In this document: positions 1-13,586 of the stretch, piece after piece
Numbering within the stretch: position 1 is the first letter of the stretch
Layout: every line of letters starts with the position of its first letter
Assembly: GCA_964016885.1 (NCBI GenBank)
Contig: OZ024744.1
Location: 68,882,001-68,946,000, forward strand
DNA: 64,000 nt
Source: Eledone cirrhosa
Taxonomy: Eukaryota
Direction: 5' to 3'
The notes under the pieces: model-generated
Database searches by the model: none
What the model was told of the DNA's origin: nothing
What the model saw: only the letters and a program-made list of their open reading frames with translations
Position numbers and translations under genes: made by a program

Positions 1-280
1 ATGGCCATAATGAGTGCTTTATTTAATAGGATAGGGGAAATAGAGGTGTAGTATGAATTGATATCAAACTGTATACATTTTTTATTTTTGTTCTCTTTAA
101 TATCCTTAAACCATTCAATAACTTCCCCTGTATTTCCCCACTGGTTAAGATATATTTTGTGCTTAATCTGTGGGATAATTTTATGTAAAATTTTCTTACT
201 GATAATGCCAATGTCAGATTTGGAAGGGCAGATTAGTCTTATCGAAAGGTTACTAATGAAATCTTTCTTATGGCATTTTT
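1..280 (-). mobile_element. Penelope-like element RT fragment (Hydra-type), N-terminal RT motifs
   Basis: Manual minus-strand translation gives HKKDFISNLSIRLICPSKSDIGIISKKIL...LNQWGNTGEVIEWF...CIQFDINSYYTSISP. This is homologous to the PLE RT at 57432-57965 (RLIAPSKSDLGRLSK...QMDITNYYATISP). Confidence 0.8.
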
Positions 281-283
281 TAG

Positions 284-1103
284 ATTTACGCCCTACCCTT
301 TACCCCAGCACTACCACTCTTCTCCGTCTGGCTGAGCTTGTTCTCACCCTTAATGGATTTTCTTTTTCGGAAGAATTTTACCAGCAGGTCTCTGGGGTAG
401 TAATGGGGACCAGAATGGGTCCAAACTATGCCAACTTGTTTGTTGGCTACGTCGAAGCCCAGGTCTTCTCTGAGTACGCTGGACCGACTCCTGAGCTATA
501 CGGTCGTTATATCGACGACTGTATCGGCGCCACCTGTCTATCACAAGAACAGCTCGACTATTTTCTTTCTTTTGTCCCATCTTTCCATCCTGCTCTCAAT
601 TTCACCGCCTCCGTCTCCGTTTTTCTGTCACTCTATTAATCACTCTCACCACACCCTCTCTATTTCCATCTACATTAAACCAACAGACTCCCAATCTTAT
701 CTCGACTTCACCTCCTCCCATCCAACCCACACCGAACACTCCATACCCTATTCCCAATTCCTCCGTCTTCGTCGACTCTGTAGCCAGGACGACGATTTCG
801 AAACCCATTCCCTTCGCATGGCTTCCTGCTTCATCCAGCATGGATATCCCCCACCTTGATCCAAGCTGCTCTCATCCGCGCCCGTGAAACAGACAGCAAC
901 ACAGCCCTCTCACCTCACCCCCCGCCCTCCCAACACCCGTGTTCCTTTCCCCCCCCCCCCATGTCCCTACCATTCCGGCGACATATCCTCCGTCCCTTTT
1001 GTATCCTCACTTCTGACCCCGTCACTTCTCGCTTTTTTCCAAACCCACCCATTACTGCTTTTAAGCGCTCCCGAAACCTCCGCAACCTCCTGGTTCGCAG
1101 TTC
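284..1103 (+). mobile_element. Penelope-like element RT fragment (Neptune-like), degenerate
   Basis: The ORFs carry GVVMGTRMGPNYANLF, RYIDDCIG, YIKPTDSQSYLDFTSSHP...SIPYSQFLRLRRLCS and AFKRSRNLRNLLVRS across stops and frameshifts. The fragment ends in (TATG)n. Confidence 0.85.
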
Positions 1104-1106
<3 letters not shown>

Positions 1107-1135
<29 letters not shown>

Positions 1136-1170
1136 TGTATGTATGTATGTATGTATGTATGTATGTATGT
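1107..1170. repeat. (TATG)n microsatellite
   Basis: Seen directly. A matching (CATA)n tract lies at about 1824-1894. Confidence 0.95.
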
Positions 1171-1207
1171 ATCTATATGTGTATATATGTGGGAGATATA
1201 TATAATA

Positions 1208-1780
1208 CTATCAGTGGTACCCGGCGTTGCACGGGATAAGGTATTTTGGAACGCGGGCCGCCAACAGACCTAATCGTGGAAAAACTGCATGCCTGGACAA
1301 TATGTAAAGAAAATAAACCGAATACTCTGATGGCTGGATAATCTAAGATTTTCCTCGATGAAGCAGGAAAAAGGCAGGTCTTCACCAAATGCGGGCCCTA
1401 GGGATCAAGAAAATGTTTTTTTATGTGCATAATATGCCTTGAAGTTTCGGGAAAATCGGCTAGACGTAACACCTCAAAAAGGCCCTAAAAAGCTGAAAAA
1501 AATGAAATTTTTCACCTAATGCGGGCCCTAGGCAATAAAAAAGTTGGATTTTCTTTGCTCACGGTATGAAGAAGAGACTGACTAATACATAGTTACAATT
1601 TCAAGGAAATCAGTCTGACGTAGCGCCTAAAAAAAAACCCTAAAAAGCTGGAAAAACACGCAGTTTTTCACCTAAGGCGGGCCCTAAGGGATCACAAAGT
1701 TGAATTTTCCACTCCCTGAAATATAAGTAATACACATGTAAAGTTTGAAAAAGATCGGTTGGGTACTTCTCGGGTTTCAC
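1208..1780 (-). mobile_element. Non-autonomous Helitron-like element
   Basis: ctatcagtggtacccggcgttgcacggg at 1208 closely matches the 3' terminus (hairpin + CTAG) of the Helitron at 27086. There are three internal ~130-150 bp repeats containing ttcacc.aa.gcgggcccta. Confidence 0.55.
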
Positions 1781-2189
1781 ACACACACACACACCCCACA
1801 CACACACAAATACACACATACGCACATACATACATACATACATACATACATACATACATACATACATACATACATACATACATACATACATACATGATGG
1901 CTGCCCCCTCGTTATCTAGTATGGCCATTGCACGAGGAGAAAGAAAAAAAAAAAAATAATAATAATAAATAAATAAAAAGAAAAAAAAAAGAAATATATA
2001 TATATAAACATATACATACTCACACACACATATACACACACACATACATTAATAACAATAATAATAACAACAATAATAATAATGACAACAACAATAATAA
2101 TATACATATACATATACATATATATATACACACACACGCACACACATAAACATATCTACACACACACACACACACACACACGATAGCAA

Positions 2190-4283
2190 CTAACAGCGCT
2201 GCGATCGAATGTGGCTTTTTAGCCCAGCCAATGATCTAAAATGTCTTGCACAGAGTCGGCAACCAAAACATTTACTGGGAATAGTCGGCTGTGGTTGGAG
2301 TTCGTGTAATTTTGCATGTCGCTTGAGCCCTCCTGCTGATTTACATTCTCTACCACATGTTTGGCAAGCATGATGAGTAGCATCTCCAACAGCAGCCTGG
2401 TAGTCAACCACTGGTCTTACTTTATGACTGCGAAGATGACTTTCGAGTCCAGCTTTGCTTAGGCAGAGTCTCGCACATACGCTGCATGTCAGCACATACG
2501 CTGCATGTCAGGACCCTCGCCGTCTCGAAGTGCAACAGCAATGCCCTTCCTCACATCCCGCTTTACTTTCTCGTATGCGATTCGAGATGCCTCAAAGGCA
2601 ACTTTTCCCTCATATACAGTCTTTCTCCATTTATTACGATCAGCAGCAATATTTTCCCATGTATCAGCAGAGATGTTAGCGTCTTTCAGAGAGGCTTTCA
2701 AGGAATCCTTATACCTATTTTTTTGGTTTATGTGGCGGTCGTTTTCCTTTAACCAACTCTCCATAAAAGAGTTGTTTTGGTATTCTAGAATCCTTCATCC
2801 TGGCAAGGTGACCACTCCAACGGAGTCGTTGCTTAAGCACAAGAGCTTCTATACTGTCACACATAGAGCTTTCCAAAATCTCGACATCACTGATGTGGTC
2901 CCCCCAGTGAACGCCATGGATCCGTCTGAGACACATCTGATGGAAACGCTCCAATTGCTTAAGGTGGTGTCGATATGTGACCCAGGTCTCGCAGGCATAA
3001 AGAAGACAAGAGAGCACACATGCCCTGTACACCTTTACCTTTGTCCTCCTGCATATGTCTCGCCGACCCCAGAGTCGCCTTTCTAGCTTTCCGAAAGCAT
3101 CACTTGCTTTCCTAATCCTAAGTGAGATTTCACTGTCAAGGTTGCTGTATCGATTGACAGTGCCTTCCAGGTAGACAAACTGATCAACCTCTCCAAGTCG
3201 TTTGCCATACACATAGATGTTTGGTTCAGTGTACTGCTTACCAGGGGCAGGTTGGTACATGACGACGGTTTTCTTGAGACTGACAGTCAGACCTAGGGCA
3301 GTGCAAGCGTCAGAAAATGCATTCAAAATGTGCTGCATATCACTCTCCGTGTGCGCTACTAGATTGCAATCATCTGCATACAAGATGTCTCTTATGATTG
3401 ATGTAAATACTTTTGTCTTCGCAGCAAAGCGCCTGCTGTTAAATATGCTGTCTGAGGTTCGATATCGGATGTAAACACCATGCTCGCAATTCCTGAATGC
3501 AATACAGAAAACTATTGCAAAGTATATAGCAAACAGGTTCGGTGCTGGAATATCCCCCTGTTTCACTCCATATTTTACTGAGATAGGCTCCGACATGTTA
3601 CCCCCGACATTAACCCAAGCCTTCATGCCGTCATGGAAAGACCTAACTAAAGCAAGGAACTTATCAGGGCAACCAAGTTTCTGGAGAACCTTCCATAATG
3701 CATCTCTGTTAACAGTATCGAAAGCCTTTGTCAGATCGACTAAAACCTAATACAGATCCAAGCCTTGTTCCATGCACTTCTCCTGGAGCTGTCTTGCTGA
3801 GAAGATCATATCAGTAGTGCTGCGTCCAGCACAAAAACTAGATTGTCTTTCAGAGATAACACAATCTGCAATGTGTATCAGCAGACGGTCCAGAAGCACC
3901 CTACATAAAACTTTCCCTACGACAGAAAGCAATGATATACCTCTGTAGTTCCCACAATCGCTCCTGTTACCCTTTACGTTGTACAAGACCACCATTACTG
4001 CATCTCTCCAGTCCTCAGGTACGGATTCATTAGCCCATATCCTGCCAAACAAAGAGTGAAGATGTTGCAGGAGTCTCTCACCACCATATTGTAGGAGCTC
4101 AGCATGTATGCCATCCATAACTGGAAATCTTCCACTGTTCAGCTTCGAAATAGCCACTGCAACCTCCACAAGCGTCGGAGGTTCTGCGAGAGCTACTTTC
4201 ACAGGACTTTCTGGAATGGGATTGAGGAAATCTTCACTGACGACAGACGGCTGATTCAAAAGATCATCAAAGTGCTCTCGCAT
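2190..4283 (-). mobile_element. RTE-clade LINE, 5'-truncated, with RT and three C-terminal C2H2 zinc fingers
   Basis: Motifs NYRGISLLS, GVKQGDIPAP, LYADD, LLYACETW, RLRWSGH and RIPKQLFYGEL. The C-terminal ORF 2190-2495 has three Cx2Cx12Hx3H-like units. Frameshifts and stops are present, and the tail runs into (GT)n. Confidence 0.93.
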
Positions 4284-4931
4284 AAAAAAAAAAAATAAAA
4301 AATAAAAAAACTCAACATACATACATACATACATACATCCTTCCCCAGTTTTATATATAAACATATATAGATTAAAATAACAGATTAAAGTTTAAGCAAA
4401 GAATCGTTTTTTTCTTTTTTAATAAAAAAGACTTTTTTTATCTCTTTATATTATTATTTTCCTTTTACTTTATTATTATATGTTTTAACTATTGTTTATA
4501 CTTTTTGCCTTTATGTGCCCTCACGTGCTTCTGCATCTTGTGAAAATATTTGCCTGTACCATGGCATTTAGCTGTAGTGCTGAATAACAACCCCACTATG
4601 GACTCTCTCCATACTCGCCATTCACGATCTCCCTCTTGTTGCCCTCTATTGTATTTCTAATGTTCATGTGACTAAGCTCGGTAGAGATTATACTCAGCAC
4701 TGTATTTTTGTTTATAAAGCTCTGATAATTCCTGCCCAATGGTATGGATGAAACATTCTCAGAAAATAAAAATTGTATGAGTATGTAGGCGTTCTTTGAT
4801 TTCTTTTACATATAACGGCTCTGTTCTCGTACATTGAGCTTATACAATACTGTCACAAATAAGACTTGTACAGGTGCGTTTATGCGCATATGCTCCGTGG
4901 TCTACGTAAATAAATATATATATATATTTAT

Positions 4932-7900
4932 GTCAGGTTGCTCTCGAGTGCTACTGGTAACATGTAACCCAATACTACCTGTCTCATGGTCGGGTCATCG
5001 GTGACTAAACCGGCAACCCCACCAAGCTTGCTTGGGTGAGGAGGGTGATATTTGGACACCCTGCGTGATGAAATACAAGACCCGGCAAAGGGCGGAGGAA
5101 CTCAGCAGAGTCAACGGCCACTCAAATAGTATTTTTTTTTTTACCTGGGAGTGAAGGTCCCCCAGTTGTTGTCGCAACACCTTTCTAGGAGGGGGAAACT
5201 CTGAAAAAAAAACCTGCCGCTTTGGAAGCATCCGATGATGTTGACCAGTTCTCCTTTTCGGGTAGTGTTTTCGATGCTCAGAGAGTGGGATTGGTCGCGT
5301 GCAAGGCCTTTCCCCACTTAAAAATCCTTCAAAGCACAGGCATCGTTTTTTTAGGATCTGTTACAGGTTCGTGTGGCTGGCCGTAGCCTAAAAGTGCACC
5401 AAACTCTATGATGACAGATGATAACCTTGAAGTCAATGGCAGTAAGGGCTCTGGAACTTATTGTGAAGGGGTCTGGCCCGGTAGCTATCCCATGGCACCG
5501 CAGCGAGGGATCGGTCGTCATCCTACAACTGCAAGGATTCCCAGTCCAGTTAAACTCGCCCTGAAAGAAGATCTGCTTTGGTGTCGAGGGAACTCGATCG
5601 CTATGGCATGGACATCGTTGCTCTTTCAGAAACGAGATTGGCAGGTGAGGGTCAATTCACAGAACAGAATGGAGGATATACCTTCTATTGGCGTGGTGGA
5701 GCAGAGGGTTCTAGGAGAGACGCAGGGGTCGCATTTGCAGTCAGGAATGGAATCGTCTCAAAGCTGGAAAATCTTCCTTGTGGATTCAATGATCAGAAAA
5801 TGTCCATGAGAGTCCCTCTGATTCAAAACCGCTTTGTGACTCTGGTCAGTGTGTACGCTCCTACTATGTGTGCTAGTGATGATGAAAAACTAAGTTTCTA
5901 CATGTCTTTGAGAGAGGTCATCCATGGTATACCTTATGCAGACAAGATTGTCATCCTTGGTGATTTTAATGCACGTGTTGGTAATGACTGGTAAGCTTGG
6001 AGTGTGAAGGGCAGGTATGGGGTAAGTAAGTGCAATAACAATGGCCTACCTCTGTTGCAGATGTGCTCTGAGATGGATCTTGTTGTTGGGAACACGCTCT
6101 TTCAGCAGAAAGACAAATATAAGACAACTTGGATGCATCCAGGTTCCAAGAAGTGGCACCTTATTGACTTCGTTTTAACGAGAAAACGTGATATCAGAGA
6201 TATCACATTGGTTCGTGTATTGCGAGGCGCGGAATGTTGGACTGATCATCGTCTGGTGCGCACCAAGTTTCAATTTGCTGTGAAGCCCAAAGTAAGGGGG
6301 GGGGGAGAAGGTTGCACTTCCAAAAAAACTAAACGTGGCTCGTCTGAAAACAGAGAAAGTCAGAGCTGAGATGTCGAGGTCCCTTGAGTCCATGGAATGT
6401 GAAAACACTTGGGAATCATTGAAGAAAACCGTCTATAATGTTAGTGCTGAAGTTTTGGGTCATACCAATAGAAAGCATAAAGACTGGTTTGATGAAAATG
6501 ATCCAGTGATCCAGACCTTGCTTGAAGAGAAACACAAAATGCTGACATCATTGTTGTGTTGGACACGTTCTGACAGGTGTAACCAGACCTTCAGGCAGAT
6601 CAAGGCACGTGTGCAACATCGATTGAGAACCATGCAGGATACCTGGTGGAGCCAAAAGGCTGATGAAATCCAGAAGGCCTCAGATAGACATGATAGAAAG
6701 CTCCTATACAGTCTGCTGAGAGAGTTGTATGGTCCGACCGGTTCACAAATATCACCACTTCGCTCCGGGGACGGCAAGGAATTGCTCAGAGATCCGAAGG
6801 AAATCCTGATCAGGTGGCATGTCCACTTTGATGAGATTCTCAACAAACCATCAGAAATTGATGATGAGTTCATCCGGTCGATTACATCCAGACCTACAAA
6901 GCTGGCAATGGCTGATCCTCCTTCATTTGATGAGGTGGTGAAGCCAATTGCCAAATTAAACAGCAGCAAGTCACCTGGAATGGATGGACTGAGTGCCGAG
7001 ATTTTCAAATGTGCTGGTGATAACTTCTTAAACCGCCTCACTGATCTCTTTGTGAATGTTTGGAATGAAGATGTGCCACAGGATTGGAAAGATGCATTGG
7101 TGGTGGTACTTTACAAAGGAAGGGGAGCCAAAGATGACCGTGGCAACTACAGATGTATTTCACTGCTATCTGTGGCTGGGAAGATCTTTTGCAGGATATT
7201 GTTGGGCAGATTGATACAGCACATTGCTGTTGAGGTACTTCTTGAGTCCCAATGTGGCTTTACGAATAGCAGAGGCACTGTTGACATGATCTTCTCGGCC
7301 AAACAACTTCAAGAGAAATGCCTTGAGCAGCGCATGGACTTATACCAAGTTTTTGTCGATCTGACCAAGGCATTTGACACCGTTAATCGGAAGGCTTTGT
7401 GGGTTATTTTAGAGAGATTGGGCTGTCCTGAAATGTTTGTGAACATTCTGAAACTCTTCCACCATGACATGCAGGCATGGGTGAATGTTGGAGTTAAACT
7501 GTCTGAGCCAATCTTGGTTGAAAATGGTGTCAAGCAGGGTGATATACCTGCACCGACTTTGTTTGCCTTGTATTTCGCGATGGTGTTCTTCATGGCCTTC
7601 AAAGATTGACAACACGGTATCTATCTCAGATATCGCACTTCCGGCAAGCTGTTTAACCTTAGGGATCTCACTGCCAACACTAAGGTACTGAGTACCTTGA
7701 TCAGAGAATTTTTATATGCAGATGATTGGGATCTCTTTGCACACTCCCAGAGTGACATGCAACACCTTATGGATTCTTTTTCCAATGCGTGCAGTGCTTT
7801 GGGACTTACAATCAGTCTGAAGAAGACTGTCGTCATGTACCAACCTGCTCCAGATAAAGTTTTCAATGAACCCTCCATACACGTATGCGGTCAAAAGCTG

Positions 7901-8705
7901 AAGGCTGCTGACACATTTGTGTATTTGGGGAGTACTCTGAGTGTGACCTGCCCTCTAGATGCAGATGTTGGTCTACGTGTTAGTAAGGCAAGTGAGTCTT
8001 TGGAAGGCTCAACGACCGTCTTTGGTGCAGGCGAGGAATCACAATGAGGACCAAGGTGAGAGTGTATACTGCATGTGTACTGTCAGCTTTGCTGTATGCA
8101 TGTGAGACATGGGTTGCCTACAAACGGCATATCCACAGACTGGAATGGTTTCACCAGCAGTATCTCAGAAACATGCTTGGTATCAAGTGGCAGATGCATG
8201 TGAGTGATGTTGAGGTCCTTGAGAGAAGTGAGTGTCGGAGCATTGAGACTATCATCCACCAACGGCGTTTGCGATGGACCGGACACCTCTGCAGAATGGA
8301 GGATGATCGAATCCCAAAACAACTCTTGTATGGCGAGCTTTGTGAGGGTAAGAGACAACCTCGCAAACCAAAGCTCCGATTCAAGGATTGTGTAGAGGAC
8401 TCATTGAAAAAAAAAACTGGTTTGATGATGGCTGACTGGGAGATAGAAGCTCTTGAAAGAGAGACTTGGCGTGGAATGGTGAATGATGGGGTTCATAATT
8501 TTGAAGACAGACGCATAGAGCACGAGAAGATCACACGAGATGTGCGTAAGCAATGCCCTGGTGTATCTCGAAACGATCGGTGTCTCCATTGAATTGAAGT
8601 GCCCTGAGTGTGGAAAAATTTGCTTTAGCAAATCTGGTCTCAGGAGCCACAGTCGCAGCCATGTTCAACGAGAACCAGTGAACTATGATCTCCAGACTTC
8701 TACAC
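4932..8705 (+). mobile_element. RTE-clade LINE, near full length (5'UTR, APE endonuclease, RT, first C2H2 finger), degenerate
   Basis: APE motifs DIVALSETR, SVYAPT, LGDFNARVG, HLIDFV and TDHRLV. RT motifs NYRCISLLS, FVDLTKAFD, GVKQGD and LYADD. Zinc finger CPECGKICFSKSGLRSHSRSH. Several frameshifts. Confidence 0.93.
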
Positions 8706-10730
8706 AACATAATAACCGGCAGACTAACACCCAAAATAATTGTAACTGTAGATCAAATAGAACCTGCCCTTTAGATAAAAAATGCTTAATCAAGGATATC
8801 ATATACTCATGCACCGTCACAACTAGCAACTCTTCTGAAACCTATATAGGCTCTACTTCGAACTGCTTCAAAACCAGATACAATTCGTACCTCCACTCTT
8901 TCAAAAAACACAGTCTAGCCAACTCGACTTTACTATCTAGCTACATACACTACATAAAAACTAAAAATAAATCTTATACACTTAAATGGGAAGTTATAGG
9001 TAACGCGACATCGTACAAACCACCTAATAAATTTTGTAACCTCTGTCTACTAGAGACCCATACTATTATCTTCTCAAACCATAACCTCCTTAATAAAAAA
9101 TCAGAAGTGTTCGCGATTGCCAGCACCCCTTCCGACACTCCTTCCAAAACTTTAAACCCAATATATAACAATGTCAGACTTGAACCCGTCACCACCTCTA
9201 GCAACAAACCTCAAGGGCACACCTTACACCACATCTCCACACTCGTTGATCCACTTTAACACAAATAGTGACATCCTCCTAGTACCTTTTACCCTAGAGA
9301 TATCCCCATGTACATCTACTTTTTGTATATTTGCCTTCAATTACTTAGACTACATTACACCACTATATAATTAATGAACACTATATAATTAATGAACTTT
9401 AAACACTGAATTAGTTGTGCTATTGTTGTTCTGTGTATGGAGTGCCATCATTGGATAAATGGAAGATTAATTAATTTATTAACATAAAACATCTATATAA
9501 CCTATATGCTGAGTGCAATGAATTATGTACAAGTGATGTATGAGTTATACATACATGTATGACTTTATGGTCAGATTAGTGACATTGTAAGTGAGAATTT
9601 ATCTCTGGTCTACCCTAGTGATATTTAACTTTGCCATGCAATCAGACATGCACTGACCCAGAGCTTACCAGGAGTTATATATAGAAGTGATTCTAATAAA
9701 ACCCTGGCCGGTTCTGCGGGTAGACTACACTTACAAAGATCATTGATTTTGGGATCTGACTCTTCATGTAGAATATTCAGTTGTGGCACTCTATGATAGA
9801 GGGTAATCATCCTAATATGAACACCTTTAGTACTTCTTGATAGACTACACTGTAATTATAGATGGGATACTTAAATTTAGAAACTGTTTATAACCTTATA
9901 TGATAGGGACTCATTTGAGACACCATTTATTGTACATTAGGATAATAAATTTAGTTATAGAAATCAGCTAGCTACCTCCTCTCACGCATTAACTCCCCTT
10001 AATTACACACACACTTCCGGAAAATAATACGATGTCAATTCTCGCAACAAAAACAACCTGCTCTATAAAATTGGATTAAAGATCAACAAGCTGTAATATT
10101 CTAACTTAATTCATCAAGCATCCAATATTGAATCATCGTAGATTATGTGAAGGACAAATATAATCTATATATTACGTTTCCTGGATTGTGAAAATGGTGG
10201 TGCATACGAAAACCATAACATTATTTTGCTTCTCATTTTTAATATTTCTCTACACACAAGCTTCTATATCATACATATAAAAAAAATACTTTACCAATAC
10301 AACCCCCATAATACTCTTGATTGCCCGCTTAAAGTGCTTGTATTACATATAACACCCTGCCGCACTATAATCTTATATAAACAAGACACACGTACATGCC
10401 CCATGTGTAACTATTGTATACACTAACTACTTCAAACTATCCTCTTGCTTTATCTTCGTAAACTGCCAATGTTGTATTTTAACTTTAATTTTGTTCTTTG
10501 ATGTGACTTTAATCTTTGAATGTAAATTGCCATGCTAAATATTATAATGGATGTCAACCCACTGTGCATCAATATATACATATGTTTCTGTATGTCTCTT
10601 GTGTTGAAAAGGAGGTCATGTATGTAAACAATCATTGAAAAATTGCTCCGAAGACTCCAAACCTCAGTTTGGAAGAAACAATTGTAAGTGAATAAATGGT
10701 TTAAACAGAACTTTGATTCATGTAATTTCT
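8706..10730 (+). mobile_element. Penelope-like element 3' fragment (Hydra-type GIY-YIG endonuclease + 3' region)
   Basis: CNCRSNRTCPLDKKC (CxCx5Cx5C), IIY...YIG, FKTRYNS and CNLCLLE. A hammerhead-like motif near 10650 suggests the 3' pLTR. The 3' boundary is uncertain. Confidence 0.75.
10643..10691 (+). ncRNA. Degenerate type I hammerhead ribozyme (U4>C)
   Basis: ttgct-CCGAAGA-c tccaaac ctca gtttgga a-GAAA-caattg-TA-agtga. Stem III is the palindrome ACAATTGT, and AATAAA follows. Confidence 0.65.
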
Positions 10731-10889
10731 ATATAACTGCTCTGTAGAACAACTGATGTTATTACATTGAGCTATTTATCTTACTGGTAATAAGGTAGTA
10801 ATAAATTACTGTCTTTCACTATTTAGGGTTTTAAATATATATAACTATAAAAGGTTTTAGTATATACATAACCATAAATAGTATCCTTA

Positions 10890-11004
<115 letters not shown>

Positions 11005-11410
11005 GTATATATGTGTTGATATGTGTTTGTATGTAGTATATATGGACTGTAGATACATTTACATATAGGGAAGTGAATATGTGATCCAGCATGGTCCCCC
11101 ACACTTCCTCTCCCAGACCAATATCAACGAGACATCTTTGACAATTATCTTTCTTTTCTCTTTTTCCTGTCATCCCATTCTTATTAAAAGACATGTATCT
11201 TACCCCTCATTAAAACCCAGACAAGCACCTAAATTCATCTTTGATATAGAAATTTGTAGAAGATAATCTTTATGGATTTGGAAAAGTTGATTCAGCTATG
11301 TCATTATATGTTCATGAAAGGTCAGCTAATGAAATAAAACCAGCAGGAGAGTAGGTTTACGACCACCTTCTCAAACACCCTTATCTTACAACCTCACCAT
11401 TTTCTGAGTG

Positions 11411-11417
<7 letters not shown>

Positions 11418-11492
<75 letters not shown>
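11418..11492. repeat. (TG)n microsatellite
   Basis: Seen directly. Confidence 0.95.
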
Positions 11493-11496
<4 letters not shown>

Positions 11497-11730
11497 TGTG
11501 TATATATTAATTCTTCCGGATCTTCATCATCAACACTCATTAACACCACACACCACACCCGAGACACATCCAAATCTCTATTATATATAGTCACACATTT
11601 CAACACAACCTGATCTCAGTTTGACAATCGCCACAGACAGACGAATGCGAGAAAGTTCTCCAACCCAAGTTAACCAGGAATCTCTAAAATACTTCCCACC
11701 GAAGTTAACAAAGAACTTACTGGATCTACC

Positions 11731-11894
11731 AGAGTCGGACACTATGATTTGAAGCATAGAGTTACGTCCCTTTATGATCTGAGTTCAAATCCCGCCGAGG
11801 TTAACTTTGCCTTTCATCCTTACGGGGTCGATAAAATAAAGTACCAGTAATACACTGGGTACTTGCTGGTCTTGTGCCAAAAGTTGAAACAATT
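11731..11894 (+). mobile_element. SINE (same family as 36234-36424), 5'-truncated
   Basis: Box B-like gagttcaaatcc plus the conserved body ttaactttgcctttcatccttacggggtcgataaaataaagtaccagtaatacactgg, shared by six copies in the window. Confidence 0.85.
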
Positions 11895-12437
11895 ATATTA
11901 TAACATTAAATCATAAATTTTTTAAACACTACAAGTGAAGTCATTCTTTTCCTTTTTTTCAAATATAAAAATAATATATATATAATAATTATATATAATA
12001 TATATCTAATAATTCTAAGGACATGATTTATGATATATATATATAGTCGGGATCATGGTGACAGGTGGATCTCAGAAGCAGGGAGAACTACTTCATTAGT
12101 AATTCAAAACAAACTGTGCGAGAGCGTGAAAAAACAAGTTAAAAAGTTTAGAGCTTAAGTGTATATTTTGATGGTTATTTGGTGGAAAGGATCTTGTTAG
12201 TTACACCCAAAGTTTTCAGTGTATAAGAATGGGTAACGGATAATGTGTTTTTAAATTTTTATTTATTTATCGCTTATCAGTTTTCACTTAAATACTCCGT
12301 TCTCTCGAGAAAATAACATATCGATGTAGAATTACGATCCGGTTTACACACGTGCTAACGTATTTGCATAGTATTGCTATTTTGAGAACAGTTATCTTTT
12401 TACTTAACAGCTTAAACAATGAAACTCCAGTATATTA

Positions 12438-12523
<86 letters not shown>

Positions 12524-12528
<5 letters not shown>

Positions 12529-13352
12529 TACTTGGCGAGGGTCATATTTGTGTAATAATATTGCCAGAATTAATAACAGAACACACTCACTGTTTGGTTG
12601 GTAGCATAGGTGAAATGATAGACCAACACTGGGGGGAACTAAAAGGACGAAAAAATGGTTCAGTACTATACGAACATGCTAGGCAACAACACGACGGTAA
12701 CATAGACAACATAGAAATTAGAATATCTAAACATAGAAATGACCCAGCAGATAGGCAAATCAGAGAGGCCAGCGAAATAGAACTTAGAAGGCCAAGGCTA
12801 AACAGAAAAAATGAATGGAATAACAACAACACCCAAACAAACAACACTGATCTAAGAGAAGTATAAATAAATAAATAAATAAATAAATAAATACATACAC
12901 AACAAGCACAATAACAACAAACACATAAACACACACTAGTAAACTAAGATAGAATACACAGTCACCCAAACACGAACACACATCAAACAAAACACTATAC
13001 ACACACGCAAACGCATGCGCAGTGAAGACAAAAAAATAAACAAATAAATAAATAAATAAACAGACTAAATAAAGATGGCGTAGGCATACAATGCAACGGG
13101 AGGAAACATAATAGCAACACTGACGATTTTGCAGATGTGCAACGAAAGAACTTTGTTAGACTATATATATGTGTTTGTGTCTATATTGTATCTGTATTTT
13201 TGACCGTCGGTCAGTCAATGGCAACATTGAGAACCGAATAAATTAAATTAACCGATATAAAAGACACAGAAGCGAAAACCAACCAAACAGTGAGTGTGTT
13301 CTGTTATTAATTCTGGCAATATTACACAAATATGACCCTCCCCAAGTATAAC
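12524..13352 (+). mobile_element. Truncated Penelope-like element: GIY-YIG C-terminal part, hammerhead motif and inverted 3'-end copy at the 5' end
   Basis: HWGELKGRKNGSVLYEHARQQH...RQIREASEI...LNRKNEW is the PLE EN C-terminus (Nematis-like). 12524-12601 is the reverse complement of 13278-13352. Confidence 0.75.
13116..13157 (+). ncRNA. Minimal type I hammerhead ribozyme (weak stems)
   Basis: aaca-CTGACGA-tt ttgca gatg tgcaa c-GAAA-gaac-TT-tgtt. Confidence 0.55.
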
Positions 13353-13432
13353 AATATTTGTTTCATATCAAAAACCTCGCAAAACTATATATATATCGAA
13401 ACGGCCCGAGCTCACCCGTCGGAGTCCTGAAT

Positions 13433-13473
<41 letters not shown>

Positions 13474-13586
13474 GTTATTCCGGTCCGGGTTGAATCGGAG
13501 GTAACCACAGTAAGTAAGGTACTCAATACAAAGCAGAGTATAAAAGCTTTAATATAGATGAGATTCTACAGGACTAGAACTCAATT

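Noticed and set aside
1380-1705. CRISPR-like spaced repeats (ttcacc.aa.gcgggcccta)
   Set aside because: Only three units with related spacers, a eukaryotic context and no cas genes. They are internal repeats of a Helitron-like element.
2190-2495. Host C2H2 zinc-finger gene
   Set aside because: It is contiguous with the RTE RT, lacks TGEKP linkers, and a homologous finger ends the second RTE.
9625-9810. Possible captured exon or nuclease fragment within the PLE 3' region
   Set aside because: A short ORF with no motif I can recognise with confidence.
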